Shown here one piece after another: positions 1-14,085 of a DNA stretch of 52,038 bases. The notes below the pieces were generated by a model, which made no database searches, was not told where the DNA came from, and worked only from the letters and a program-made list of their open reading frames with translations. Every line of letters starts with the position of its first letter. Within the stretch, counting starts at the first letter, position 1. A program made the position numbers and the translations under genes. Source of the stretch: Paraphysomonas bandaiensis (Eukaryota; Protista; Chrysophyceae); contig CBFFRP010000256.1 of assembly GCA_965644295.1 (NCBI GenBank), forward strand, positions 1 through 52,038. The letters are read 5' to 3'.

Positions 1-408
1 AATAGTTTCTCAATGATTCAATAAGAGAAAAAATATTTAACCTAGTCGAATTGGTTTCATTACCATGTCACACTAGTTTTGGTGTAAAATCCCAGTCAGA
101 GTAATTAATCCCAGAATATATGTATTCCCATAAACACCTAGTCATCCTAAACAACCCAGTCATTGTAAACAGTTAACAATATTTTTGGTCTAAGAAATTA
201 CACCAATAGACTTGGTACCATATAATAGATCCCTTTCCATAAACCACCCATATTTTGACCAGTTTAATTTCAGAGTTCCGTTGCTTACTAATTACTTTCA
301 TCATAATGAGCACAACACAACTCCAGGTAGTCATACAAAAAGCAAAGTCATAATGAATCTACTAAAAGCAAAAGCAGTCATACAACAAGGTCGTCAACAT
401 ATTGTATT

Positions 409-3400
409 TCAATAGTAGACAGGATCCTTGCAGTCATAGCCCTTTTTACCACATTTTTTAGCAGCTTTAGCATCAGAATTTTCCTTGCATGATTCCTCAC
501 AGCAATCACCACCATCCCAACCACATGCAGCAACATTGTGCACGTCATTGGCATCGCATTTTCCATCACCAAGCTTCTTTTCTTTAGCATAGCATAATGA
601 TTGCGTGGGTACAGCACTCCGATGCGCTGAAGGATAGAGCGTAGGCAATGTGATAGGCATTGAAGGCTCAGGAGCTCCTAATGGAGCGTGTGTTGGTGGA
701 ACTGAGATATAAGCAGGATCCTTGCAGTCATAGCCCTTTTTACCACATTTTTTAGCAGCTTTAGCATCAGAATTTTCCTTGCATGATTCCTCACAGCAAT
801 CACCACCATCCCAACCACATGCAGCAACATTGTGCACGTCATTGGCATCGCATTTTCCATCACCAAGCTTCTTTTCTTTAGCATAGCATGTTGATTACGT
901 GGGTACAGTAGTCGCAAGCTCAGAAGGTGATTCAGTAGGTGACATCGTAGGTAATAACAGAGGATGACGTGTAGGCTTGTAAGTGGAGCCTGACGTTGGG
1001 TTAGTACGGAGATGGGATGGAGTTGCAGTTGGTGCAACAGGAGCACATGATGGCGTACATGAAGGTATATGAGATGGGCATGTGGACGGTACACAAGTGG
1101 CACATACTGTCGGTGACACAGTTGGACACACAGTGGAGGGAAGTACAGATGGAGCATCAGTTGAAAACGTGGTGGGTATACACGTGGGGAAAGCAGTCGG
1201 CAATGTTGTGGGATTCGCTAGTAGATAAGTAGAAGGCGGATAAGTCGGAGATATAGTAGGACCCCAAGTTGGATATGATGATGGTATAGATGATGGCATG
1301 GACGTAAAGACCTCGATAGACACAACAGTCGGATCGTTTGTTTCACCAGAAGAATCCGTGGTTTCAACGGATAAGACGTGTCGTCCAGGTGTCATTGATG
1401 ATACCTCAAGTTTTGCTCTTGTACGGTTAGTCAAATAGCCTTCTATATCAGACGCCCAACGAAGGGATGATTCGACTGTACTACCATCCTCCTGATCAAA
1501 CACACGAACATCAAGATCTACTTCGTCGCCAAAGTAATACACTGAATTATTGACTGGAAAAACAATTTTTGCAATAGGTTTATTGTTAGACACATAGATT
1601 TTACTGTCTGATGTGTCACTAGTGGTGTAGAAAGCATCACTAGCAAAAACTCTAAGTAATCCATGTGAAGTTCCACGAAGAGTAGAAGTCGTAATATTGA
1701 GACTAAGGTGTGTATAATTTACTACCAGAGTATCCCATGTACTTCCGTTATCACTGCTATACATTGCATCAAAGAATATATCATCTCCATCCAAATCACT
1801 GGCATTCCACGACAACACAACGTATTCACCGGATAGATATTCACCACCATTTGGATGTGTAACCAATATGGCAGGTGCATGTGACGAGCCCGCAACGTGA
1901 CCAAAGGTCATATCGTCTTCTTGCACCGTTGCGGAAGTCATATTTTCATTATACTTAACAGCAACAGATGCAAAGGCCGTAGAACTTCCGTTAATGTCAT
2001 CTGAAAGCTCAATAAATCCAAATTTCGTGCGGTCGAGTTCTCGATTCTGTGGATTCCATAGTATCAGAGAAAAGTTACCAGGAGGATTCAAAGCCTTCAC
2101 AGTATCTACAGATTCGGTAGTACGAATCTCATGTGTTGATTAGAATAAAATTTCGTCACCTTCCTTTGTAATTAAGAATACAATGTACTTCACTTCTGGA
2201 GAAATAGAAGTCGTCAATCGTCTGTTAGTTTTCAAGTGCAATGATTGTAACGCAGTGTAAAATTCAATATAATTCGCCCCAGATATCCAAGAATAAGCAA
2301 GTCCCTTGGCGTAGTAGCTCATCAGCGCAAAGTGTACGGTGGGATCTACTATGTCGTCAGTAATGATGTTCGAGGAAGACAAACTATATGTGTCCCAGCC
2401 GTACACAAACTCATATTGATCACCAGTTATTGGTCCAATAGTAGCAACTGTCTGCACACCATTTACAACTTCGAAATATTTGTATATTTTCGCACCCAAA
2501 GGAGCTAGTTCCATGCAGCTACCTATAAGTTTCTTGTCGCCATTTCTGGTGACAATTGTTTTGTTCTGAACCGTGTGATGAATACCAACACCATGGGACA
2601 GCTCATGTGCCCCAACGTGTCGATTCCCAAAGTATCCGACGTTGTATTTTGTTCTATCCGTCAATTTAAAAACTGCAGCCATGTCGATTGCAGCCCCGCG
2701 TTCTCTAGGAAATTCACATCCATCGTTACGTTCGGAGCACAAATATCCCTTAAATACACCTATATACAACGTCGAGCTCAAGGCTGAGTTGATTCGTACC
2801 TCCCTGTTCCTAATGATCCATATTTGATAATAGACAGTACGCATACCAGGGACGACTTCGTATCGAAGTGTGCCATGTGGTTTCAGGTCCCAGAGCACCA
2901 TCGTAACTGGCAGTACCGCTTTGAGCTGCTTCTCTAGTTCCACCAAGTCACTAACCTCTTGGCTACCGGGATACTCTAAGTTGAACCATCTCAGTCGAAG
3001 GGGATAGGCTGGTTTAAATGTAAATACCGTTTTACAGTCACTGCTGTCCATATTCCCTCCATCCTCTTTGCAAAGAAGTGGACAGCCGGAATCCAATTGG
3101 ACACTCCATTCTTGTGTTCCCGAGAGTTAGTACGATCCCTCTGAAAATTCGTAGTTAACCGTAGCTTGTTTATCCTTCCGGCGATTGAGTACGTCATCTG
3201 TGATCTCACCAATGATAGCAAGACTCCTGTGAACTTCCAATGTTTCTTGTTTTCCGCTTGACGAAGTATGTTTCAGAGTTAAAGTAACATCCGGAATTGT
3301 CCCTGGGTCACTGCTGGTTCCAGAAGACAGTGTACGCTGAATGTACACCCGAATAAGTGTCCGCTTCCCTTCAACCAAAGGCACAGTACTTTTCAAATTC

Positions 3401-3935
3401 TGTGACACCTGTATTGCCTCTATACCCACAACCTCAAATTCCGCCTCACAGCTTGTTGGGCCACTAGTGGGTGGATTCCAAAAGCTTGAAGAACCAGGTA
3501 GCATGTAGCGCCCGTCGCCTAATTGCCTGCCACACACCATTCGTGAAATATCGACCCCATCCAGCCGCACCAAAATATTGTTCAAATAATATTTTTTCCG
3601 GGAAATATAATACACGATTACGACCACATACAGCTACTGTATATACGCTACTACCAACCACCTCCCCGTATATATTAACTTCATTCCACCCACGTACAGC
3701 CCCATCTGTGCTCTCTGGCATTATTCAGGTAGGTAGTCCAGGCAGTAGTGCGCCATCTCCTGTACAGATATGACTGATACCATGTGATGTGGATAGTTTA
3801 GAAGTGTTTTTGTTGTTGTTTCGTGTGATGTCTGTATGTAACACTCATATCAGTAGAGTGTTGTATATATCGCTTACCTGTCGCTGATAAAGTAGTTGAG
3901 AGTAACAGTAATACTCCTAAGTAACCCCCACACAT
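409..3935 (-). pseudogene. Disrupted gene for a large secreted metzincin metalloprotease with Ig/PKD-like domains, Pro/Thr stalk and two LNR (Notch-like) repeats
   Basis: Signal exon 3935-3878 (MCGGYLGVLLLLSTTLSAT) is followed by a GT-AG intron at 3877-3832. ORFs 3127-3627, 2140-3096, 895-2100 and 409-837 share one frame and are separated only by single TAA codons (3127, 2140, 895). There is also a TGA at 3725-3727 and one frameshift within 3464-3627. Motifs: HELSHGVGIHH (HExxHxxGxxH), ALMSY Met-turn, PNGGE..W.ASD.DGD..YS.DNG.TW, D.EDG..L.W.S, and two copies of LGDGKCD..N...CGWDGGDCC. Confidence 0.75.
420..889. repeat. Exact 176-bp internal duplication (420-595 and 714-889) encoding the LNR module
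   Basis: Identical sequence at an offset of 294 bp. Confidence 0.95.
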
Positions 3936-4405
3936 CTCCTCGTTAGTTAGTTGACTATAGAGACAATGATGGGTGTGTATTGGGTTAATAAGATACCCTC
4001 CATATATACAGAGGCAGGTGCGTGCCTTATACATGTATGTACAGAGTACGTACAGCAGGGGCGTGTGGTTTGCAAGAAAACTCCAGGTTTTTTCCGCCTC
4101 GTCCAGACCGCCGCAACAAAAACATGACAAAGGCGCCTAGCAGCTCCGTATAAAGAATAGAAATCAGGAAATTATATAAAAATGGAGTATATTATATAGA
4201 AATCCGGAAATAGAGAGATAGTGGCGTTTTTTCAGTATTTGTAGTACTGTATGTATATCTCTTGTGATAAATGAACTAGGAATTCCTACTGCTGTATAGT
4301 GCCATTATTACATCCCATATTTTCAGAATTTTGAGAGTGAAAATTGGTTATTTTTACGAAAATGTGGGGTATCTATTTTTATGTACACCACCATATAAAC
4401 TCCTG

Positions 4406-4569
4406 CGTATCTTCTGACGTATGATCAATAGGACAATAGGACAATATAGGACAACAATATGCATCATGCAACCTATACATAGTATATGCACAAACATCGT
4501 ATCTTCTGACGTATGATCAACAGGACAATAGGACAATATAGGACAACAATATGCATCATGCAACCTATA
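4406..4569. repeat. Two-copy tandem repeat, ~92-bp period, with nested GGACAATA units
   Basis: cgtatcttctgacgtatgatcaa...ggacaacaatatgcatcatgcaacctata occurs twice; a third degenerate copy lies near 6788-6845. Confidence 0.85.
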
Positions 4570-4707
4570 TACATGTACATGACTCATAGTTAGCCAAAGA
4601 TATATCTTCCCACAACAACAAGGTTGCCACTAGTAGATATATATCACCCCCCTGCAACTACTTTCAAAGCTGCATTTCCTTGTCATACTATCAACTAATT
4701 CAGTAGG

Positions 4708-5364
4708 ATGGAAAATCAATACATTGAATCGATCTGGGATGATCTTATTGGAGATGTAACAATTAAAAATCTTGTTGAACCGACCCTGCAAGTTATTCCC
4801 AGAAATAATGAAATACGAGGGACTACTGGACTATATTGTCGATCTTACAACAAGGCACACAAAGAACATCAGTTCAACTTGTTACTCTATCGAATAGAGG
4901 ATATTGAACCATATATGAATGACAGAGCACAGACGTTGCATTTAGCGGCCCTTGAAAAGTTTTCCACAGACTATAATATGAAACTGTCGTGGTGCTTGGG
5001 ATTTGCAATTGACGAAGACAGAATTGTCAAGCGAAACTCTTGCAGCAATGTGAAAAGCACTAATTCCAGAAAACTGCCAAACGACATGTACCTGAAACTT
5101 GTTCGAGTTCTAGAAAGAGCTGGTTTATCTGTTCGAGGCGACAATGAAAGTGTCCAGGAAGTTGTAAGCCTTATGAGAACGTTAAATATAAGGCGACCTA
5201 CAGTCAGACCTCCCGTCAGACCTCCCGTCACACCTCCCGCCACACCTCCCGTAGATGAACGGCCGTGGCCAGCCCTTACCAGTCGTTACAAGCCATGTAA
5301 ACATTGTGAGAAAAGAGGGCGCGGCAAATTCTGTACATATCATCAAAAACTCCAAGCAATTTAA
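4708..5364 (+). CDS. Orphan 218-aa protein, Pro-rich linker and C-terminal CxxC-x8-CxxH putative Zn finger (paralog A)
   Basis: Intronless ORF whose frame is preserved in the diverged duplicate at 7073-7717; the one indel is in frame. Confidence 0.75.
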   Translation: MENQYIESIWDDLIGDVTIKNLVEPTLQVIPRNNEIRGTTGLYCRSYNKAHKEHQFNLLLYRIEDIEPYMNDRAQTLHLAALEKFSTDYNMKLSWCLGFAIDEDRIVKRNSCSNVKSTNSRKLPNDMYLKLVRVLERAGLSVRGDNESVQEVVSLMRTLNIRRPTVRPPVRPPVTPPATPPVDERPWPALTSRYKPCKHCEKRGRGKFCTYHQKLQAI

Positions 5365-7072
5365 CTTGTCATTATTGCTACAGTTCCTCAAAATTTGAAA
5401 ACTATTCTCGAGTATATTCGACCTAGACAAAATTGTGTTATTACCTTCACACTATAGCTGGTGTAAAACAATTTGACTAGGTTGAATAGTACTTCCCTAT
5501 GTAATAAGTAATAAGTATTGTACCAATTTTTATTGCCGTGTTTACCATTGACATTGTATTAAAACTTAAATATACCACTATGAGTAATTATACCAACATC
5601 AATCATCTATCGTATCACGCTAGTCCATTACTAAAATGTAGTGAATATCTTATTACAAATAATAGGTGTCTAAAAGTCCTAAGTCCTAGCAAGTACCAAG
5701 ATGCAACTATTTCCGCAATAAGTCTATCGCGCAATGCTAACATAGCTCAACGAGTCTGTAGCAGATTTATCGAAGTTACTAGAGTATCTATAATAATTCA
5801 TTGGGAACTACTTCGCTTTTTATTCAGTAAAAGGTCAATAAAGAGCATAGTACGTGAACAGGAAAAATATACAGCCATGTCATACAGCCATCTAAATCGT
5901 ACAGCTTAGCATTAAGCGATATTATATTACACACCGTTCAGAATTTTTATCACAAACAGCCATTCTGCATATCATTACACAACATGGTACATATTTACTA
6001 CTTCACCACAAGAAGGAACAGGGGCAACCAAGCGCTTGTGTCGCCTAGGCATCCTCTTGCACCGGGAAGTATAAACATCATTGCATCTACAACAACATTA
6101 CAAACCATCACACCATTCAGCATCTCATAGCATCTACAATCAAATCATATACCATCACACAACATAGTACATTCATGTGCGTTCCAGTGAATGTTCCTGC
6201 ATTACGTATGTAGCCTATCATACGAAAATTAAAACAAGCAATTGGATGAATACAGACAAAGTGAGGCCCAACAGTGATATGTGATAATAATAATCCACCA
6301 TATTGTGTACACCACCCTATCCGTAACATACCATACCATACCACAATCTACAGCCCTTTCCAGTTACTCTCTATACAGCCTTATATATAGTCAACCTCGT
6401 CCACTAACTGCATATCACATCTCACAGCTCATGAAATAAGATGATAGGAACATGTTGTCACCTGGCATTCAAGCACTTATGAATGTTTATCTGCTGCATA
6501 TGGCTGTCTCGTCATATACATATACTCGATGCATGCCATGCACTCTGCTGATATGTAACCACAGCCTATCATCCTAAAATCATACCAACCAATTGGATCA
6601 CTCCATGGGAGCACTTGCTGTGCGGTTTTTGTGTAGTAAAACAAGGAGGAGGGTGCGGGCTGTGGCACCTAAAGCAAGTTTGCTGTTAGAAATCCCAAAA
6701 TAAAAATAAAAATTGAGTATATAATATAAAACTCCGGATATTTAGAAATAGTGGCATTTTTTTTCAAATATAAAGATGATGTTTTAGCGTATCTTGTGAC
6801 GTATGATCAATAGGACATTATAGGACAACAACATGCATCATGCAGGCTTTACAGTATATGCCTCCATACCATGTACAGCAGACTGCATGAACACTTGGAC
6901 ATTATAGGACAACAATATGCATCATGCAACCTATATACATGTACATGACTCATAGTTAGCCAAAGATATATCTTCCCACAACAACAAGGTTGCCACTAGT
7001 AGATATATATCACCCCCCTGCAACTACTTTCAACCTGCATTTCCTTGTCATACTATCAACTAATTCAGTAGG

Positions 7073-7717
7073 ATGGAAAATCAATACATTGAATCGATCT
7101 GGGATGATCTTATTGGAGATGTAACCATTAAAAATTTTGTTGAACCGACCCTGCAAGTTATTCCCAGAAATAAAGATATACGAGGGACTACTGGACTATA
7201 TTGTCGATCTTACAACAAGGCACACAGAGAACATCAGTTCAACTTGCTACTCTATCGAATAGAGGATATTGAACCATATAGGAAGGGCAAAGCAAAGACG
7301 TGGCATTTAGCGGCCCTTAAAAAGTTTTCCACAGACTATAATATGAAACTGTCGTGGTGCTTGGGATTTGCAATAGACGATGACGGAATAGTCAAGCGAA
7401 ACTCTTGCGGCAATGTGAAAAGCACTAATTTCAGAACAATGCCAGACGATATGTACCTGAAACTTGTTCAAGTTCTAGAAAGAGCTAAATTATCTGTTAA
7501 AGCCGACAAAAGTTTTCTTCAGAGAACTCTTGATGCTATGAAAAGGTTAACTCTAAGGCGACCTACAGTCAAACCTCCCGTCACACCACCCGCCACACCT
7601 CCCGTAGATGAACGGCCGTGGCCAGCCCTTACCAGTCGTTACAAGCCATGTAAACATTGTGAGAAAAGAGGGCGCGGCCAATTCTGTGGGGTTCATCAAA
7701 AACCCCAAGCACTTTAA
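7073..7717 (+). CDS. Orphan 214-aa protein (paralog B of 4708-5364)
   Basis: Same start MENQYIESIWDD and same C-terminal CKHCEKRGRGQFCGVH motif. Confidence 0.75.
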   Translation: MENQYIESIWDDLIGDVTIKNFVEPTLQVIPRNKDIRGTTGLYCRSYNKAHREHQFNLLLYRIEDIEPYRKGKAKTWHLAALKKFSTDYNMKLSWCLGFAIDDDGIVKRNSCGNVKSTNFRTMPDDMYLKLVQVLERAKLSVKADKSFLQRTLDAMKRLTLRRPTVKPPVTPPATPPVDERPWPALTSRYKPCKHCEKRGRGQFCGVHQKPQAL

Positions 7718-8039
7718 CTTGTCATTATTGCTACAGTTCCTCAAAATTTGAAAACTATTCTCGAGTATATTCGACCTAGCTAAAATTGTGTTATTACCTT
7801 CACACTATAGCTGGTGTAAAACGTCAGTAATGTTATCAATTTGACTAGTAGGTTGAATAATACTTCCCTATGTAATAAGTGTTGTACCAATTTTTATTGC
7901 CGTGTTTAACATCGACATTGTATTAAAACATGAATATACCACTATGAGTAATTATACCAACATCAATCATCTATCGTATCACGGTAGTCCATCACTAAAA
8001 TGTAATAAATGTCTTATTACAAGTAATAGGGATTAGCTA

Positions 8040-8520
8040 AAATTGTTATTAGCAACAATAGGGACTCAAAAGTCAGTGCTTAACGCATATCCTACTCTTT
8101 AACGCTAGGAAGCTGCGTTTGCGTCCTAGCAAGCACCAAGATGAAACTACCTCCGCTTCAACTTTCAACTCTATCACTCAAAGCAATTGAGTGAGCAAGC
8201 AGAGTGTTGATATATCTGATATCTGCTGACTTCAGAATTATTGAGTCCTTAGGGTAAACAGTCCGGATGTTTGACTTCATCAGGCAGCTGAATACCCCGG
8301 ATGCTCTTGAGGTGATCCATTCCCGTATACCTGTTTATTCGTCAACGCCCAAAGACGTCTATACAAGTGACACTTATAAAAGTGTCTTTTGTATCACACA
8401 AGCATTTTTGGTTTTGAGTGGACAGAAAACTATCTGCTAACCATATATGCTGCTCACGTTAGTTTCCCGGAGAATTATTTTCACTTAGCCGCCCTAACAC
8501 CAGTCTGACTTTTTTGAGGA
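8040..8520 (-). mobile_element. ~480-bp SINE-like non-autonomous retroelement, apparently full length
   Basis: Colinear with 38436-38920 along its whole length and starts at the same 5' sequence (CTCAA.AAAGTC.GACT). Its 3' part shares the TGGTGCTTGC..GACGCA.A.GCAGCTT core with the LINE ends. Confidence 0.75.
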
Positions 8521-9635
8521 TATATAATAAAAGTCTTTTTATTTAGCAATAGGCGTTAAAAACCTGCACCAATGCAGTGGCTAGTTGAGTGCTAGACATA
8601 CCATTTAGACCTCTACCCATAACTAATCAGCACAAATTCTATTATCCTACTATTATCCTAAGAAGCTGCTTGTGCGTCGCCGCAAGCGCCAAGGTGCGAC
8701 CACTTCCGTTCTTAATGTGGATTGTGAGTTTCGCCATGATCGTGTGTCCTAGGACTCCCTAGCGGGTGTGATCAGGGGGTCTCCCCTTGGGATGATATTC
8801 CACCAGGCTCTGAGGTACAGGGTTCTGTATTAAGATCCTGAGTGTACCGAGTGCTAGATGTGTGTGCTGAGAGGTGGGTGGTGTGGTGGAATGTGGTGTT
8901 GTCTCAATGCACCGTTTGGGCCTTAGACATAGGTAGAGTTGCCGGAGACGGCGTCGTTGTCGAGTGCATGAAGGTTTCATGGGGGCCGGTGATATGTTCC
9001 TGTGTGTATGAGTGGTGCGGGTCGTGTGTGCGGTGGGCGGTGGTCCAGTCTCGGGTCGTCTGCGGACTCCTAGTAACCGTAGCACACTTGGGCGTTTCCA
9101 TTTCTACGTTTATGACGCGGTCGCGGGAGCTCGAGCTGTGCAGTGGTGATGATGCCTGTCCAGAATCTCTCCACCTGTGGGAAGGAGGGGTTCAAGGCCC
9201 TGCTAGAGAGCCGCTCTAGCGCATTGGTGGTCCAGTGGGGTACGTCCTGATCTCTCAGTACCTCTTGAAGCGCGTTTTTTTGGCTGTGAAAGGCAGTTTC
9301 CCGTATCTGAGTGATGGTGTCATTTGTGCAGTCTAGACACATGTGCTTGAGTGAGTCTAGTCGAAAGCCGCAGTCGGAACATGCGGCTTTGGCCAGGTCG
9401 AGACCGTGCTTGGTTTTAGCCCGGTTTCTCCCTATGCTGAAAGATTTGTCCCATGTCAATGCTTCATTGAGCACTCTCTGGCGTAGGTGTGAACTATCTT
9501 TATTCTTTGATGGACCACCGTCTGCTTGTGCCAGTTTGCGCGAAAGTAGTGCCCCGCTGTCTGTCCAATATCCAGATGCCCGGTTGGGAATGTGACCGTA
9601 GCGTTGATCTCTAAGTGCAGTGTAGGTCTCCAGCG
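8521..9635 (-). mobile_element. 5'-truncated non-LTR retrotransposon 3' end (zf-RVT-like CCHC region plus 3' tail)
   Basis: GRNRAK...CSDC...HMCLDC...ERFWTG peptide, homologous to 32605-33510. C/A-rich sense strand, frameshifted, and ends in an AT-rich tail matching 14899-15116. Confidence 0.75.
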
Positions 9636-10021
9636 AAATACAAATATTATACGCCCACGAAACTGTAGAACTTGAAGAGCAACAGTAATCGCGAGTTATT
9701 ATCGGGCATTATACGCAAATGAGTATAAGAGAAATACTGTGCATAATATCCAATCACTATGATAAACACAGTGACCAACGATACTGACACTTACTAGAGT
9801 GATATTACGAATTACAACGCACCACGTGATGTTTTAAAGCTTATAGACTAATTGGAATCACCAATACGACAGCATCAACACAGTAGGAAGCCATTTAGTT
9901 AGTTGCACAAAAAGTAATTTGTTTGGTAAATGAAAAATAGGCAATACTTCGTTACAGAGAAATATCAAAATTACAACTGTATTATCAATATGAATATATT
10001 TCTAGATAGAGAGACAACTGA

Positions 10022-12359
<2,338 letters not shown>

Positions 12360-13495
12360 GGTTGGTGATGTATAATTATGAAGGAGTGTGATAATGACTT
12401 GGATGGATATACATATACATATATATGCCACTCATGTACACATGTATCCATATGTGGGGATGTATATATGAGTGGCATACAGCCATTGATAAACTTCTAC
12501 TTCATTTTGTGTGGCTCACAAATCAACTAGATGATGACATCACCAGCAGTACCGTATTATAGATTTTATATCGAATCATAATGAAATGATTGGTGTAGGA
12601 TCAATATTGTAACTGTTGTAGGGAGGGAAGATATGATTCGACAGGAAGCTATGCATCAGATGCTTTATATGCAAGAACAAAACGATGGAACAAGTACTCC
12701 TCGTTCAAGAAGTAGCAAGAGATTCTGGAGTGTGACCAGAAAAAAGATCAATCGTTTCACGAAGAATGATAGAGCTGGAGAGAATTATAATATCGGTTCC
12801 CGAAGTTTAACGTGGAAGCATAATTGTAAGGTACGAGGCTATGTGCTTGACTAGATACCTCAGAAGTGTTTGTGCTCATATTTGTGAGATGAAAAATAGA
12901 TATTGAGTCACTTGTAGCTTCGAGTCCATGAACCGCACAGTAGACAAAGATGATACATTCATGGATAAATATGGTTGGCCGTCCAGCCATGAGTGGCATT
13001 CATCATGAACTGCTCCATTCCGATTCGTGCTCTAGAAAAGTATTAATGTCTATTAAACTAAGAAATTGTAGATTTTTGAAACGATTGAAAAGGCTTCGCA
13101 TGGAGTATCACAATGTATGTTCATACATCACAGCCGAATGTAGTTTTCATATAATGGAAGAACTTTTCAACAGTAGAAGAAAAAACATCCGTAAAGTATA
13201 ATGAAGGCTGAATGGATAAAGCTGCAACCTATATCACACATACATAGTACCCTTTACCAAGTGCCTTTGCTCTAATTGTTATAATGTCCCAATAGCACAT
13301 CAATAGGGAATATTGTACTACGCAATGCTTAGAGCACTTCTACCATCTTAACAATTAACAACTCGGGATAATACCATCTTAACATTAGAACCCTCTTCAA
13401 TTCTCAACAAAACCACAATGCAGCAGCAGTAAAGCTTAATCTCGACGAATTTCCATATTCAAGAGTAACAGTGACCTAACCAGTACAGAGTAACA

Positions 13496-13942
13496 ATGAA
13501 AACTGGAGGTCAGCGTCAGCTTCATCAGTTTCGAATGTTACGATGCAAGCAGTCACAACTCGTTATGGATATTAGCGGATGCTCAACGAGCAATGGTGCG
13601 AAAGTTATTCAGTGGTCGTCACATGGTGGAGAAAATCAGCTGTTTCGCTTCGAAGAAAAGGCTGAGGGCTACGGACTGATACGTGTCAAGCACTCTGGGC
13701 TTGTACTCGACGTTTCAGGTGGCTCAACTAAAGATGGTGCGAATATATGCCAATACACTGAACATGGTGGAGATAACCAGTTGTTTCGTTTTGAAGAAAG
13801 GGGTGGAGGTTATGGTGTGCTTCGTAACAAGCATTCTCAACTCGTACTCGACGTTTTTGGTGGCTCAACTGAAAATGGCACGAATATATATCAATACACT
13901 GAACATGGTGGAGATAACCAGTTGTTCCGTTTCGAGGGCTAA
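13496..13942 (+). CDS. Stand-alone ricin-B (beta-trefoil) lectin, three ~47-aa repeats
   Basis: Three copies of LVLDVSGGST.NGA.I.Q[WY]..HGG.NQLFRFE; intronless; no signal peptide. Confidence 0.9.
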   Translation: MKTGGQRQLHQFRMLRCKQSQLVMDISGCSTSNGAKVIQWSSHGGENQLFRFEEKAEGYGLIRVKHSGLVLDVSGGSTKDGANICQYTEHGGDNQLFRFEERGGGYGVLRNKHSQLVLDVFGGSTENGTNIYQYTEHGGDNQLFRFEG

Positions 13943-14085
13943 ACATATCAACTTAGCATTTAAAACATGTTGATTGCGATAGTTGATGTAGTTCCATTAT
14001 TGTATTTCAGTAATTTTTGGTTTAATGCAATCCTTTAGCTGGTTTGATAGTAACAACTTCTCTAATTTTAGATTATCATTACTTG

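Larger units (their letters stand above)
4536..8160. repeat. Segmental direct duplication (~4536-5720 vs ~6903-8160; ORF offset 2365 bp)
   Basis: Near-identical 5' and 3' flanks around the two paralogous ORFs; both copies run into the same SINE-like tail. Confidence 0.9.

Noticed and set aside
895-3129. Genome-wide TAA=Gln reassignment suggested by three in-frame TAA codons
   Set aside because: Calmodulin, RPL23A, LysRS and the quinone oxidoreductase end at TAA, and no conserved gene here has an internal TAA or TAG.
8250-8300. Hammerhead ribozyme core (CTGATGA + stem) in the SINE-like element; similar motif near 10657
   Set aside because: No GAAA after stem II and no stem III or cleavage triplet; not conserved in the 38690 copy.
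12633-13201. Broken ORFs, possibly a decayed transposase
   Set aside because: Multiple stops and no motif I can identify with confidence.
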